A stretch of 64,000 nt of DNA, from positions 106,888,001-106,952,000 of the forward strand of contig NC_042998.1 in the NCBI RefSeq assembly GCF_006345805.1. Reading direction: 5' to 3'. This DNA comes from Octopus sinensis. Its lineage: Eukaryota. The notes below the pieces were generated by a model that was not told where the DNA came from, ran no database searches, and saw nothing but the letters and a program-made list of their open reading frames with translations. The translations under genes and the position numbers were made by a program. This document shows positions 1-12,335 of this stretch, in pieces. The stretch's first letter is position 1; every line of letters begins with the position of its first letter.

Positions 1-429
1 GTTGTGATCTTGCAGACCTTTGATAACGAGTATTGTGTGAGTGTCAGACCTTTGATCACGCGACATGTGTGTGAGTGTCTGAGTGAATCCTTTTTTAATA
101 GTTGAAAGATCTGATTTAGACTTGTATTAGTCAAGTAGGTATAGGGGTAGAAGTGAACTAAAAATGTGCTTCCCTACCCGCATGCCTGGGTCAGTGTGTG
201 CCTATTGAAAGATTTCGTTGTAAGTCAGTTTGTGTTTCTCTTTTGTCTCTCGTTTTTCCTCCCGACACACGTACAGGGGCGCACACACATACGCAGGTGC
301 ACACATACATACGTGTGCATGTCTGTATGTATATATTGTGTGTGTGCGCTCGTATGCATGTCGTTTTCGCGTGTGCATATATGTATTTCTGTATAATATA
401 GTCTTTATATCAATGAGCGTGCTCAATAT

Positions 430-590
430 CTGGAGCAGAAATCGGGGCTGGCGGGCACAATGGAAAGCAATAGAAACCAAGATTTTGTGAGGCGTTCATT
501 CTGCAAAGCTCTGACTAAAGCTAGAGTTACTAGTGCAGGAATGAGGAGGGCTCTAAATTCCATCACTAAAGCTGGACAAAACTCGATGCT
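430..590 (+). mobile_element. Degraded C-terminal restriction-like endonuclease region of an early-branching non-LTR retrotransposon (HERO/NeSL-like)
   Basis: Two frames give RNRGWRAQWKAIE and DFVRRSFCKALTKARVTSAGMRRALNSITKAG. These resemble the RRGWRAxCxPVEVGCRGF...SLCRAxTxLGIxG...RRRAIxxITEAA C-terminus of such elements. Frameshifted. Confidence 0.5.
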
Positions 591-1167
591 GTCAGCATTT
601 AATGAAATTTAAAATGGTTTTAAATGAAAGTGAAGAGTGTTGGTAGAGGGACTGGCATTCTTCTGAGTGTAAAGTATCCCTTTCGAAGTAACCAGAGCAA
701 ACACGGTGATACTAGGATATAATAAAGAATGTCATGGTGAATCTGGTATAGCCTCTGACCGTGATTTAGTATTCAGGGAACAAGAACAATATAACTTCTA
801 AAAAGAAGTACTTGGCACAAATGAGACCCTTTTTAAAAATCCGCAATATAGAAAAATGATGAAAGACAAAGAAGCAATCTGATGCTTTACCATAAACAGA
901 ACAGAAATCTCATCGAAATCTCACGAAAAAAATTAGAGTGCTACAAGTGACTAGCATGTGTGTACGAGTATTCGTTGCACTGGATACCTGTGGTGTAAAT
1001 CTGGGGGAATTTTCTTCATGCCCACCAACACTCTTCTGAGGGTGGTCTCAACAACTGAATCATGCCATATTTGTTGGAAACTAGTTCAAACAACAATCTG
1101 ACTGGAAATGAGAAACTAATGATACTAGATACTTATTATTAGTCGTAACTATTGATGGAGAAAAGAC

Positions 1168-1350
1168 GGCGAGCTGGTAGTATCGTGAGTTCGCCAGACA
1201 AATTGCTTGACGACATTTCTTCCGGCTTCCGCCAAGGTAGACTTTGCCTTTCATCTTTTCGGAGTCGATAAAATAAGTATCAGTTGAGCACTGGAATCGG
1301 TGTGATCGACTACTCCACCCCTTGCAAATTCTTGGCCTTGTTCCAATGAG
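1168..1350 (+). mobile_element. tRNA-derived SINE, family A (degenerate, internally deleted)
   Basis: Matches other copies in the window: GGCGAGCTGG head and GACTTTGCCTTTCATCTTTTCGGAGTCGATAAAATAAGTA core (cf. 24825-25036, 44180-44411). Confidence 0.75.
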
Positions 1351-2890
1351 GAAAACGAAATCATCAGGATGTTGATACTTATATTTTGGTTCACCTTTTT
1401 CATACGCTCCAAAATTCTTCTCTTCAGATTATTTAAGATAGAGACACGGATGTTGTAATAAGATTTTCATATTCCACCAAGTAATCACTGCAAATTCGGA
1501 AGTAGAAATCCGGATCTCATTTCCAACAGGAGAAGAAACTAATACGATCTTCCTCAACAGCATTACTTCAAGTTTAAGAGAATTAACAAATTAAACAATA
1601 ACTCTCTTTTATAATTTTTCTGATTTATTCAACACATCAGATTTCAGGTTTAAGAATAAGTGACACAGTTTTAAAACGAAAAACGATGTTCCGCATCTCA
1701 CGGAAAAATGTCCAGTTGTTACTAGCACTTCATATCATATTATATACTACCACGACTGAAAGAGGTTGTAATCCATTTTGTCTCCAATGGATCTTGCATT
1801 GATAGTGCCAGTGTGACCACATTTCAATAAAATCTTTCTGCAGAGAATACTTTCATGGAGCGATGCCAGAGGCCAGCATCTCAAAAGAAGCGTCTTTCAA
1901 GTAATCGATTAGATTACAGCATGTGAGGGCGAAGATGCATGTGCAAAGTTCCAGTGACTACAGATTATGAGAAAGGCAAAAAACTAGTTCGAATTTGGAT
2001 TACATTATCCCTTGCGAAAGATATCCTCAGACTTGATGTAAAATACTTTTGAAAAAAAAAAGGTCACTGTAGAAAAGTAAGAAGGTAAAATTTAGATATA
2101 TTCATTTTTGCAACTGCTAGCGAGTTACTTTCAAATGTTTACGACGTTAATATTTGTATATCCATCACAGTTTTTTAAAGCACTTGCCACAATTTTTAAA
2201 ACTCTTTAATCTAAGTCTTCTTTAAATTTTTGCAGTTTAGAATATTTGATCACTTGAGGTTGTAGCCTTTATAATTCATATAAACAATATATAAAATGTA
2301 TTTGCTATTACATTTAAAGGTTTTATGTTCCTATGCAATTCTGTATCATCAAAATATTTTGATATTAAAAGAGACCGATATTATAAGTACAGTACAAAGA
2401 TAAAATAATAGTAAATCCGGTTGAAAATCGGATAGGACACCAAACATATTGCTCACTTTACTCGAGAATATAGATTTATGTACCCGCTTAGCACTGCAGG
2501 TCTCCTATTGAACTGATCATTGTCCAAACGGGCTGAAGTTGTTGTTTAGATTCTCACTTTTGATGTGGTGCCGAAAAAATAAAAGTTTGTTCAATTTCAA
2601 ATGACTGGCTACTGAATTATCCACCCCCGTTATCTATTGTATGTCTAGCTATGGTTATCTATATAACATAATTTGATGAGAAATGAAACTATGCGGATGT
2701 AACTTACCGTATGTGTGTATGCAAATACAGATAGATAGATAGATACATACATACATACATATATACATACATACATATATACATACATACATATATACAT
2801 ACATACATATATACATACATACATATATACATACATACATACATATATATATATATTATATATATATATATATTATATATATATATATAT

Positions 2891-3624
2891 CAAATGTGAG
2901 GATAAAATTCCTTTAAAAAAAAATATTTTCTCGAAAAATGAGGGCAAAGGAAAAAAGTTCTAATGCCAAATATGCCGAAAAATTTGACATATTGTCCATT
3001 AACCATATAATTTTTTCACAATACGCACGCTACTCGAAAAAAGGTCGACAGAAATTTCTAAAAATTCCATTATTACCATATCGGACCGATTTCAGAGTTA
3101 GCTACTAAGAGCCCTCTCTTCATCAGTGATACATGTGGCAAAAGAAATAAATGAGATACTTACTCATACCCATGGAAGAAGCAAATACTAAGTCACGGGC
3201 ACAACTAAGTACCCCAAATACATCCAAAATAGAAATACTCCAGTCCATTCGAGGCACGTGCGATTTGAACTGAAGCTCTCACAGAGTGAGTTAGTTAGTT
3301 CGGAAGTGAACGCTTAAATTTATATCAAATGTGAGGATAAAATTCCTTTCGAAAACAAATATTTTCTCGAAAAAAATTTTATCAATGGCCAGCATATTAA
3401 GAAATACCTTTAACGGTTAAATTTATAAACAATTCATAAATGAGGGCAAAGGAAAAAAATTCTAATGCCAAATATGCCGGAAAGTTGGACATATTGTCCA
3501 TTAACCATATAATTTTTTCACAATACGCACGCTAATTGTGAAAAAATTATATGGTTAATGGACAATATGTCCAATTTTTCGGCATATTTGGCATTAGAAT
3601 TCTTTTCCTTTGCCCTCATTTATG

Positions 3625-3628
<4 letters not shown>
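2891..3628 (-). mobile_element. Penelope-like pseudo-LTR unit with partial tandem repeat, inverted segment and hammerhead motif
   Basis: Direct repeat (2891-3030 vs 3327-3532), 94-bp inverted repeat (3431-3524/3535-3628), hammerhead at 3074-3131, (TA)n on both flanks. Homologous copy on the opposite strand at 42578-43100. Confidence 0.75.
3074..3131 (-). ncRNA. Minimal type I hammerhead ribozyme
   Basis: Minus strand reads TATCA-CTGATGA-AGAG(18 nt)CTCT-GAA-ATCGGTCCGAT-A-TGGTA: intact core, 5-bp stem I, 4-bp stem II base, palindromic stem III, AUA cleavage triplet. Confidence 0.75.
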
Positions 3629-3680
<52 letters not shown>

Positions 3681-3684
<4 letters not shown>

Positions 3685-4205
3685 ACGAACCTGCCTTCTC
3701 CTTCCCCCTTCATCGTCATCCCTCCCTCGTAAGACCACCCCACCCCACCTTCCCTATCCTTCTCCATCCCACCCCACTCCATCCCTTACATCCACTCCCA
3801 CATATCCCACCTCTACCCCCACCATCAGCCTAACCCACACCCCACTCTTGCCTTCCCCACTCTCGCCTCCCCCACCTCCCAACACCATCACACCACACCA
3901 CACACCACTACACCATACACCACCATCACATCAGATCACATCACAACATGCTACCACGCACACACCAGCACTGACCACTTCCCAAACCCACATTTTCACA
4001 CCTACACATACACACACGCACACGTCAAGGTCACCAGCCATCTATACACACGCACGCGGACCTTCGTTTTGGAATCACCACTAGTTTATTATCTCCCCTT
4101 CTCCCTAGCTCTCTTGTGTTATATATAGTATTGGTATATCCCATTTATGTTCATTAGAAAATAAATAAATAATTTTGACGTGTACGAATATTTATTTCCC
4201 CCCAC
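3681..4205 (+). mobile_element. Possible solo LTR or LTR-like insert in a (TA)n tract
   Basis: Starts TGTTACG immediately after (TA)n, contains TATATA and AATAAA near the 3' end, ends near CCCCCA before (TA)n. No TSD resolvable. Confidence 0.3.
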
Positions 4206-4207
4206 TG

Positions 4208-4244
<37 letters not shown>

Positions 4245-5474
4245 TGTGTGTGTGTATAATATATTATATATTGGTCGAGTTAGTTTCTTGTTGCTCTGAG
4301 TTTCGCGTGTGGTAATCTTCATGCAAGTTACAACCAAAACATGATGGAATTTGCATATCTACATTTATAATTTTCCTGACATTGGATATGGTGATAGAGA
4401 GAAAATATGATAAAGGATAAAAAAGAAGAAAAAAGAGAAAAGAAGAAAGGTAAATAAAAAAAGACACCGAAGAAAAGGAAATAAGAAAAGAAAAAGGAAG
4501 AGGGAGTAAGAAGAGAGTCTGTATAAACTATGTGTGAACACGTCTGTCTTTGCGTGTGCATGTGTGTATGTGTTTGTGTGTGTGCGTGCGTGTGTGTGTG
4601 TGTGCAATATTGTATTGTATTTGTACATTTGTTAGAGTGCATCCGTGTGTGTGCATATATATATTAATGTATGTGTGTAACAGTTTTTTGTGTTTAAAAA
4701 GTAAAACATTATGATTTCTGTGCAATGTAATGTTGATGAAGACAAGCTGATTGAAACAGTTTAAATTAAGTAAACGAAGAGGATGAAACAACAGTTAATA
4801 ATTAACGGAAATGTTTATTTCACACACCATTTCATGTAAATTGCATTCAATTATCTCAAGTGCTTAAGATAACTTTTTTAATGGACACAAACTGACAGGT
4901 AGAGCTGATTAGAAGGATAGACATTAAAATTAGGGGAGCCTTGGCAACATTACAATATGAAATAGTGTGTGTAACAGAACACAAAGAAATTAATATTTAT
5001 TTACTTAGTGTAAACGTCATAGAAAAATATGTTTGTCTTTTCTTTAACACAAGCATTCAATAATTGGTACTAAGTTATATCAACTTCAGAAAAGGTCCTC
5101 TTAGACACTTTTCATAATAGGATTTGTCTAAGCATTGTAAATCGAAGAAACACATCAATGATTCCAAAGTATATAGTATTAAATTACGGTACTTGATAAC
5201 TATTGAAGACTAGAATAGCGATTTTCGAACCAAGGATCGCTACTCGAATTGGGTTTAGGTATAATTTTAAGAGACAATAAAACGTAAAGTTAATAGTCAC
5301 AAAAGGCTTACAGCACAATATTTACTGTAAACAATACTGAAGACTACTTTCCCCAAAGAAATACTAAATGTTAAATGCATCCCTTTGGAATATATTTGAA
5401 ATGAAAGGGTTACTGAAAATTATTGATTTGCCAAAAATGGATTGTAATTGTAAAAGTTTATAGATCACTTCTAG

Positions 5475-5660
5475 TGGATTATCCCAGTGAACATTGAGTG
5501 ATTTGGTCACATACACATACGACGTAAGACGAACCAGAGATCCTTGTCAGAAAGACTACAGTGCCACCGATTTGGCCCAACAGCAACTGTATGCCGTCAT
5601 GTTTCCCAAAGTGGGTTCTGTGAACTTTCACAACACCGTGAAAAACTACTGCGAGATAAG
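5475..5660 (+). CDS. Candidate coding exon of an unidentified gene
   Basis: GC-richer, non-repetitive open frame (SDLVTYTYDVRRTRDPCQKDYSATDLAQQQLYAVMFPKVGSVNFHNTVKNYCEI) ending at AG|GTATCT. Acceptor TTCTAG at 5474 requires a 1-nt indel near 5494. No family recognised. Confidence 0.35.
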
Positions 5661-5704
5661 GTATCTTGTAATAAAATTTAATAAGAGTATTCTCCATTTT
5701 GAAA

Positions 5705-5995
5705 ATACTAAACTTGTTCCAGCCATTGGACTGCAGCCATTCTAAGCTCCGACTTGAAGGATTTGAGTCGAAAAATTGATCCCAGTACTTATTTTTGAAG
5801 TCTGGTACTTATTCTGTCGGTTTCATTTGACGAACCGTTATGTTAAGGCAATGTAAACAAACCATCGCCAGTTATCAAGCGAGGTAATGGGGCAAAGACA
5901 GACATAAAGACACACATATGCCTCACAGTGGGACTGAACCTGAAACCATGTAGTTGCAAAGCTAGCTTCTTGGCCACAAAGCTATGCCTGTGCCT
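5705..5995 (-). mobile_element. tRNA-derived SINE, family B (degenerate)
   Basis: Reverse-complement match to the 56543-56980 copy (GAACCGTTA, GGGACTGAACC, CCACAAAGCTATGCCTGTGCCT). Confidence 0.75.
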
Positions 5996-6788
5996 ATGAA
6001 TACATTCTCATTCTCTAAAACAATTTTTATTTTATTTAAATACGTGGTTTGCTTTTGGTGGTGATTTACCATTAAACGGAAGAGGATCTTTTTAGATTAA
6101 CTAAGTTAAGTTGAGGAGCATGCATATTTGATTTTTAATTTTTAACTTTTATGTAACATGAAATAAAGTTTCTAAAGTTTTTAGTCGTTCGTAGCCGTGA
6201 CTTTCGAATCGTCAGCAAGGTTTAAATCGAGACATAAATGAAGCTAAATTCGGCATTCTACAAAGTTTCTTAAAAAGGAGGAAATATATTTTATTTTATT
6301 TTCCTCCGAAATCATTAACTGTCTAGCCGCAGAGAAAAGAGAAAAGAGAGGAATTTCTTACATTCAGGTAAAATACTTCCAGGGCAAATCTGCTTTGTAA
6401 AAAAGTCTTTTGTGTTGTCACTCTTAATATTTTTTATTACGAACAAGTTTCGTAAGCCCATTTTAGTATATTCATCTCGAGTGCTAATAAGGTTTTATGG
6501 CTGCTATTTCATACTGATCTATTAGTCGGGATGAATTATTATATACATTCTTTATGCTCATCTCGCCGCGGGCCTTGCGCGTTTGTCCGTAAAATATATG
6601 TGTGGGTTTTACGATTTTTTAGAAAATCGATAAAAGTTCCATGACAATAAGTTTGGAAACCAGTGGCATAGAGTTACATGGCATCGTGTACGATAAAGTA
6701 TTGCAAATATAATTTATGCCAAATGCAACACATCTCAAGTTTTTTTCTCTTTTGGCCACACTGCACCCTTGCAGCATACATCGACAGG

Positions 6789-6840
<52 letters not shown>

Positions 6841-7964
6841 ACACACACACACACACATACACACACATACATTATTTATTCTATGTGCTACAAAAGCTCT
6901 GATATGATTCCAGTACTCCCCATTCTGTACATACTAATGATCTATCACTTCCAATAACACAAATTCTTTAGTATCTTTTACCTTTCCTTAACTTCCCCAC
7001 ATATGTCATCTGCGCTTCACTATATTTCACACCAGATTTGTGCTGTTTCTATGAAACGAAGATTTTGAAAACACAGGATCATGACATCCTAGTCCCATCC
7101 AGTATCGTTCTCCCATCTGCCCTAAAATTACACTGATAATTTACCCTTCCTTTTCATTTCCTTTCACGCCTCTTTCAACTCTATTAAACTGACATTCCAT
7201 CATCATCCACAGCATAATCGTATCGCTATGTAGTATTTCCTTTGTCATAATTCAAAAGCATTTTGTAATACCAGGGGAGATAATCCTTCCTCCTTACTTG
7301 GCTGTTCGGTGTACATCATGAACTTATATTGAACGTTTACAATTTTCTTGCACTACAGCTCGTTAAACTAGCCTCTTATAATTCCTGGATTTTCTTCCTT
7401 TCTGCCAGTCAAGTAGTCACATTATTAACTCTCTACCTTTTGATACTAACTTACTGATTAGCGAACGAACGAGCTGCTTGTTTACTTAATACTTAATCAT
7501 AGTAAAATTTTATTTTATTTTATTAGTTTACTCGCTCCAACGGAGCCAGTGTATTGTTTTCCCTTTTTCATTTCATTTTTCTTTTACGTATTACCTTCTT
7601 GGTTTTTCATTTATTCCCCTCTTTCCTCTGCTCGACTTGGGGTTGTAGGTTACTGATATATATCTTGATGTATGCGTCTATTCTCTGCCAATCCAGTTTA
7701 ATCGACTCCGTGGAATGCACGTGTAACAACAATCGTCCACGGCAATTTTACTACTTTTATCATTATCTCCATTACATCTTTTTACTTCTTACCTTGGAAT
7801 TTTATTGGCAGATTTCATTGGCAGTAAGTTCTTTTATTTCTTCTCTCCAAATTAACGTTTTCACCTCAGGAATACATATTTAATCCTCTTTCTACTCCAT
7901 CATTGCGGTGGTTATCATCATCATCATCGTTGTTATTATTATTACTAGTGTTTGCAAGGCGACG

Positions 7965-8160
7965 AACTGCAGCAATCGTTAGTATACCGGGCAAAATGCC
8001 CAGTGGCATTTCGGCTGTCTTCACGTTCGTGTTCAAATTCCGCCGAGTTTGATTTTTGCCATCCATCCTTTCAGGATCGATAAATTAAGGAGTGGTTGAA
8101 CACATATAATCGACTTACCTATCCTTCGGAATCGCTGGCCTTGTGCCAATACTAGAAATC
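7965..8160 (+). mobile_element. tRNA-derived SINE, family A
   Basis: AGGCGACGAACTGCAGCAATCGTTAG head, GTTCAAATTCC B-box, CATCCTTTCAGGATCGATAAATTAAG core. Confidence 0.8.
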
Positions 8161-8719
8161 ATTATTATTACCTTTATTTTAATTAATGTTTGATTCATTA
8201 ACCCATTCTTTTCTACTGATCGTACTATTTTTGTTTTTCCTTTATGGTTCTTATTCTTATTTTTAATAGTTTTATCTTAATTTTATATTTTATTATTATC
8301 ATTATCATCATCACCATCATCATCATCGTTATCACCACCATCATCATCGTGACCCATAATATTTCTATCATTGACCACTACTTACATTTGTAGTTTATTA
8401 CAGTGCAGTTTCTTATCAATGTCTCTTGTATCTCCACCTATTATTATCATTATTATTGTTATTCTGAAAGACTTTCGGTTAGTTCTTAATTATCGGTTAT
8501 TCTTTACTTGAAAGCAGGCAATAGCAAATCACGATGGAATGTCAAACCAGCATATTCAACCCGCAAATATACTTGTGTGTATGTATGTATGTATGTATGT
8601 ATGTATGTATGTATGTACGTATATATAGGTATGTATATATGCATATATTTATATATTATTTATATTATTATATGATCGAATGCCACGCATTCTTTTCCAA
8701 GTAAGTTTTATCTTAATAA

Positions 8720-9089
8720 CTAGCAGTATCGCCCGGCGTTGCTCGGGTTTGTTTCGACCCTTTAGAATTGGAATTTTTGAAAAGTAAAAATTTTGCATTA
8801 TGTAGCTTGTTATTCTCTTAAATACACCGAAAAATGGCGACACAGCAGTCAAAACATCGTAAAAAATAGAGATTTTCATAGAAAAAAAGCACCTTTTTTA
8901 TGTAAATAATTTTTGGTCTAAACATGGTCCGATTTGAATTTTATCTTCTACGGAATGAAGAGCAAGCCTTCTTCTATCATACTCTCAATTTTGGTCAACT
9001 TGCGCCGCAGGTTCTCGGAGGAGATAGTGTTAGTTCAACGCTACCAAGCCTGTCACACACAGACAACTTCAACTTTATATATATATAGA
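8720..9089 (-). mobile_element. Non-autonomous Helitron (~370 bp, complete ends)
   Basis: Minus strand begins A|TCTATATA and ends with hairpin CCCGAGCAACGCCGGG followed by CGATACTGCTAG|T: TC...CTAG termini inserted between A and T. Confidence 0.85.
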
Positions 9090-9099
9090 TTACGATGCG

Positions 9100-9660
9100 C
9101 ACTCTTATTCTATCTCTTCTCTGTCTATCTATCTCCCTCTCTTGTTCTTCTTCCTTTCTGTTTTTCTCTCCCACCCTTGCCCTATTTTCCTCCTCTCTCC
9201 CTCACCGTTCTCTCTCTCTCACACTCTTCCTCATTGACTCTCGTTGCTGACACGTGACGAAAGGCGATCTATCTTTCTTTCTTCCACTTCCTTCGTAAAG
9301 ACAAGACGTACTTTTACCTGTCTCTTCTCACAGCTCGTCGTTCTAGCGTTCATAATCTTCACATCGTTTTGGCTTAACAGCCTTCACCGTTTGTTTTTAC
9401 TGTTTTGTTCTCACTGTCCTGTTTTTGTTACCACTTTCACCCTCCGCAAAAAATCCCAAATTTTATTTAATTTGCTTTGCTGAAAGGACTGTTTTAACGA
9501 AGTCGCGTCTTGTCCTTACCTTCGAACGCAGAGTAGATGAAACAGGGGACAACTGATGAAGGGGAATATTCTTTATGTTGCCTGTCTCATTTCTCTGTTT
9601 GTTTGTTTTTTTCGTTGTTTTTTTCGTTTCTATGTTTTTGATTTTATGTTTTCGTTTCTC
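9100..9660 (+). mobile_element. Dispersed repeat, probably Penelope pseudo-LTR-derived
   Basis: High similarity to 19356-19870, where part of it is also present as an inverted copy. Contains a CTGATGA half-motif at 9553. Confidence 0.55.
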
Positions 9661-9755
9661 ATTGTGTCTACGTTTTTTTATGTCCTGTACCCATATATGC
9701 ATGTATATATACATATATATGTAGATATGTACATATATGTATGTATATATGCATA

Positions 9756-9839
<84 letters not shown>

Positions 9840-9848
9840 TACACACAC

Positions 9849-9896
<48 letters not shown>

Positions 9897-9959
9897 GTAT
9901 GTATGTATGTATGTATATATATATATGTATAGGTGAGAAAGTTGGTGTGTGAAAGCACG

Positions 9960-10486
9960 TGGTTGGATGTATAAAAATAGAAAAGAATTAAAAAACTACA
10001 AAAGGCTTGTTTTATAAGGTTAAAGAATATATTTAAGTCGCTATGTTAGAAAAATGTTATAAAATTTTGTGTATAGTAACATAGTTTTGGGAGAAATAAC
10101 CGGTTTCGTGTAAACTTTTCAAATTTCTCAAATGTCTTTACCTACATCGAGTCATGTCTTCGTTATGAAGTGCAAAGAAGAGTTCCAGGCAGGGGAAGGT
10201 AATAAGGGATTTCTTCCGGTATAAGGGAGATAATCGCTTTATATTTCTTTTCCCCCTTTTTTAATGAGATGAGTTTCTCTGTATAAGAATGTTAGGATGG
10301 TTAAGTTCAGGTTTATATTATTCAATGAAGAATGTTTCTTTGTTTAATCTAATTTGTGTTGGTGTTCCAATAGCACATTGATAGAATGGAAAGATTAAAA
10401 ATTGTGAGTATCATTCTGTATTCTGGGAATGCAATCTGTTGTCGATGCAGAGTGCATCTGCGTCTGAGTGATAATCCCGTGGATTG
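9960..10486 (-). mobile_element. Penelope-like element 3' end: GIY-YIG endonuclease C-terminus (10300-10486) plus pseudo-LTR
   Basis: Minus frames give QSTGLSLRRRCTLHRQQIAFPEYR and FLIFPFYQCAIGTPTQIRLNKETFFIE*YKPELN, typical of PLE GIY-YIG ends. Hammerhead variant ~170 bp downstream. Confidence 0.85.
10091..10129 (-). ncRNA. Minimal hammerhead ribozyme variant (U3-A8 core, 1-bp stem II)
   Basis: GAGAAAT-TTGAAAA-G(TTTACA)C-GAA-ACCGGT-T-ATTTCTC: perfect 7-bp stem I, palindromic stem III, G10.1-C11.1 pair, C3U/G8A paired substitution. Confidence 0.7.
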
Positions 10487-10490
10487 TATA

Positions 10491-10526
<36 letters not shown>

Positions 10527-10574
10527 TGTATGTATGTATGTATGTATGTATGTATGTATGTATGTATGTATAAA

Positions 10575-10790
10575 TCACCCCACAAAATACGAACACAACA
10601 AGAAAAAAACAACAATGCGAAGACAATGTACGTGCAAAGTATAAGCAGACACTCAGGGAAGGAAGGAAATGTGGTTTCACGTTTCGGGCAAAGCTCTTCG
10701 TGTGAAACAGGAGACGGAGGAAAGTCCAAGAGAAAAGGAAGACGGAGGAAAAAATCACCAATAATCCGCATGCGGTCACATGCATACATA
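10575..10790 (-). mobile_element. Short Penelope-derived mini-element with decayed hammerhead
   Basis: Similar to 18935-19140 and 43455-43590. Carries GAAGAGC..GCxCGAAACGTGAAAC on the minus strand and is flanked by microsatellites. Confidence 0.55.
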
Positions 10791-11553
10791 TATGTATGCA
10801 TGTATGCATTTATATATAGACATACATATATACATAGGTGTGTGTATGCGTGTATATATGTGCGTGTGTTTGTGTTTGTGTGTGTGTGTGTGCGTGTGTG
10901 TGTGCGATAAATATATGCATATATATATATATATATATACATATACATGCATATATATATGTGTGTGTGTGAGTGTGTGTGTGTGTGTGTGTGCGTGTAT
11001 ACGCTGACGGAGAGGGGAAGAGAGAAACGGGTGAGAGAGGGAGAGAGAGGAGGAGAGAGAGCGAGAGAGAGATAAGGAGAGAAAGGAGGAGAGGAGGAGG
11101 AGGAGGAGAGAGAGAGGCGTACTTAGCAACATATATAGATTAGTTGATTCCCACACAGTAGGATACATGTCTCTCATTATAACTTAATATCCACAAACCG
11201 TAGATGTAATAGTGAGGACACGATATTGGAAATAAATGGACAAAAAATATCATTTACAAACAAGAAATTGAAAAAATATTTGCTAGATATATTACAAAAC
11301 TAATAATATAATAAAATGGAAAAATTCATAAAATCCACATCTTTATACTTTATACATTTTTATTGATATAATATTGAAATGTCATATATTTTGGAAATTA
11401 AAAATGGATAAAATCCTATTTTAAAACAGGACGACACAAAAGTGGTGTATATATATCCATGCATGCATACATGAATACTTACATTCATATTAACGTAATA
11501 TATGTATGCATACATACTAAGATAGATAGACAGATAGATAGATAGATAGATAT

Positions 11554-11630
<77 letters not shown>

Positions 11631-11959
11631 GGGAGGGGGAGAGAGAGAGATGTTGAAATGCATATGTACATATGTGGCACAGACGTTAACTGAGTGGTTA
11701 ACAAGATCGCTTATAAGTACGTCATTTGGGTTCTATATCTTCCTGCGTTGTCCTTTGAGTAAGTATCTTTTATCATAGCTTTGGGTTGATCAAAGACTAG
11801 TGAGTGAACGTTAATAGAAGCAAAATATGTGGAATCAATGCCATCCAGGTTAGTACAAGAACCAGACCATTTAGGGTCATTATCGGACTCTATTTCAATG
11901 TCAGCATTTGAGGTAAGTATCTTATCTAGGAACAACTATATATATATATTTATATACTT

Positions 11960-12335
11960 TGGATATGGTAGATGAGTTCAGCAAAAATTTAGATTCAAAT
12001 GAATATGGTACTTAAGTTGAGGCACCAGAATTTAGTACGGTATTATCCATACAATTTCAAAGTAAAGTGATTAAAATCAAAATAAGCAACAAGGAAATCC
12101 AAACTGGAATGAGACAGCATGTTCTTTGTCTATCTCCTTAACTTCTGGGAGATTTTAGGTATAATTATACTAATGTGTCCATCTGTTCTAATTTAATTAA
12201 ATTCTATGTCTTTGTGCAGCTGAAGATTGCTCTGCATTTTAAATTGATGTAATGATTGCATTGTCCAATTAAATGGAGTTGCATGAAACGATCGTACTGC
12301 ATTACCTCTGGATATCCTTGTTGCTTATTTAGATT
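11960..12335. mobile_element. Rearranged Penelope pseudo-LTR (direct plus inverted segments)
   Basis: 11982-12101 matches 53558-53678 directly. 12165-12330 is the reverse complement of 53658-53825. Both ends abut (TA)n. Confidence 0.7.
12214..12302 (+). ncRNA. Hammerhead-like motif with long stem II
   Basis: GTGCAG-CTGAAGA-(58 nt)-GAA-ACGATCGT-A-CTGCAT. Homologue at 53685-53772. Confidence 0.6.

Noticed and set aside
3680-4084. 134-aa Pro/His/Thr-rich ORF
   Set aside because: Low-complexity C/A-rich sequence inside an LTR-like insert, with no domain.
7040-7900. Exon-like 89-nt minus-strand segment at ~7040-7130 and surrounding coding-like sequence
   Set aside because: The upstream 'intron' would be ~25 nt. 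The region reads more like a heavily decayed LINE with an (AAAAT)n end, but I found no convincing motif.
9553-9600. CTGATGA half-cores at 9553, 19746, 43780, 57117 and 57649 (-)
   Set aside because: No correctly placed GAAA, stem III and stem I partner, so they cannot form a hammerhead.
10374-10403. Apparent 30-nt micro-exon (AG|CACATT...ATT|GTGAGT; HIDRMERLKI)
   Set aside because: It lies antisense within the Penelope GIY-YIG remnant (FLIFPFYQC...), so the splice-like signals are probably coincidental.
11711-11935. 74-aa minus-strand ORF (MFLDKILTSN...)
   Set aside because: Non-ATG start, no recognisable motif, and the splice signals in this block are on the plus strand.
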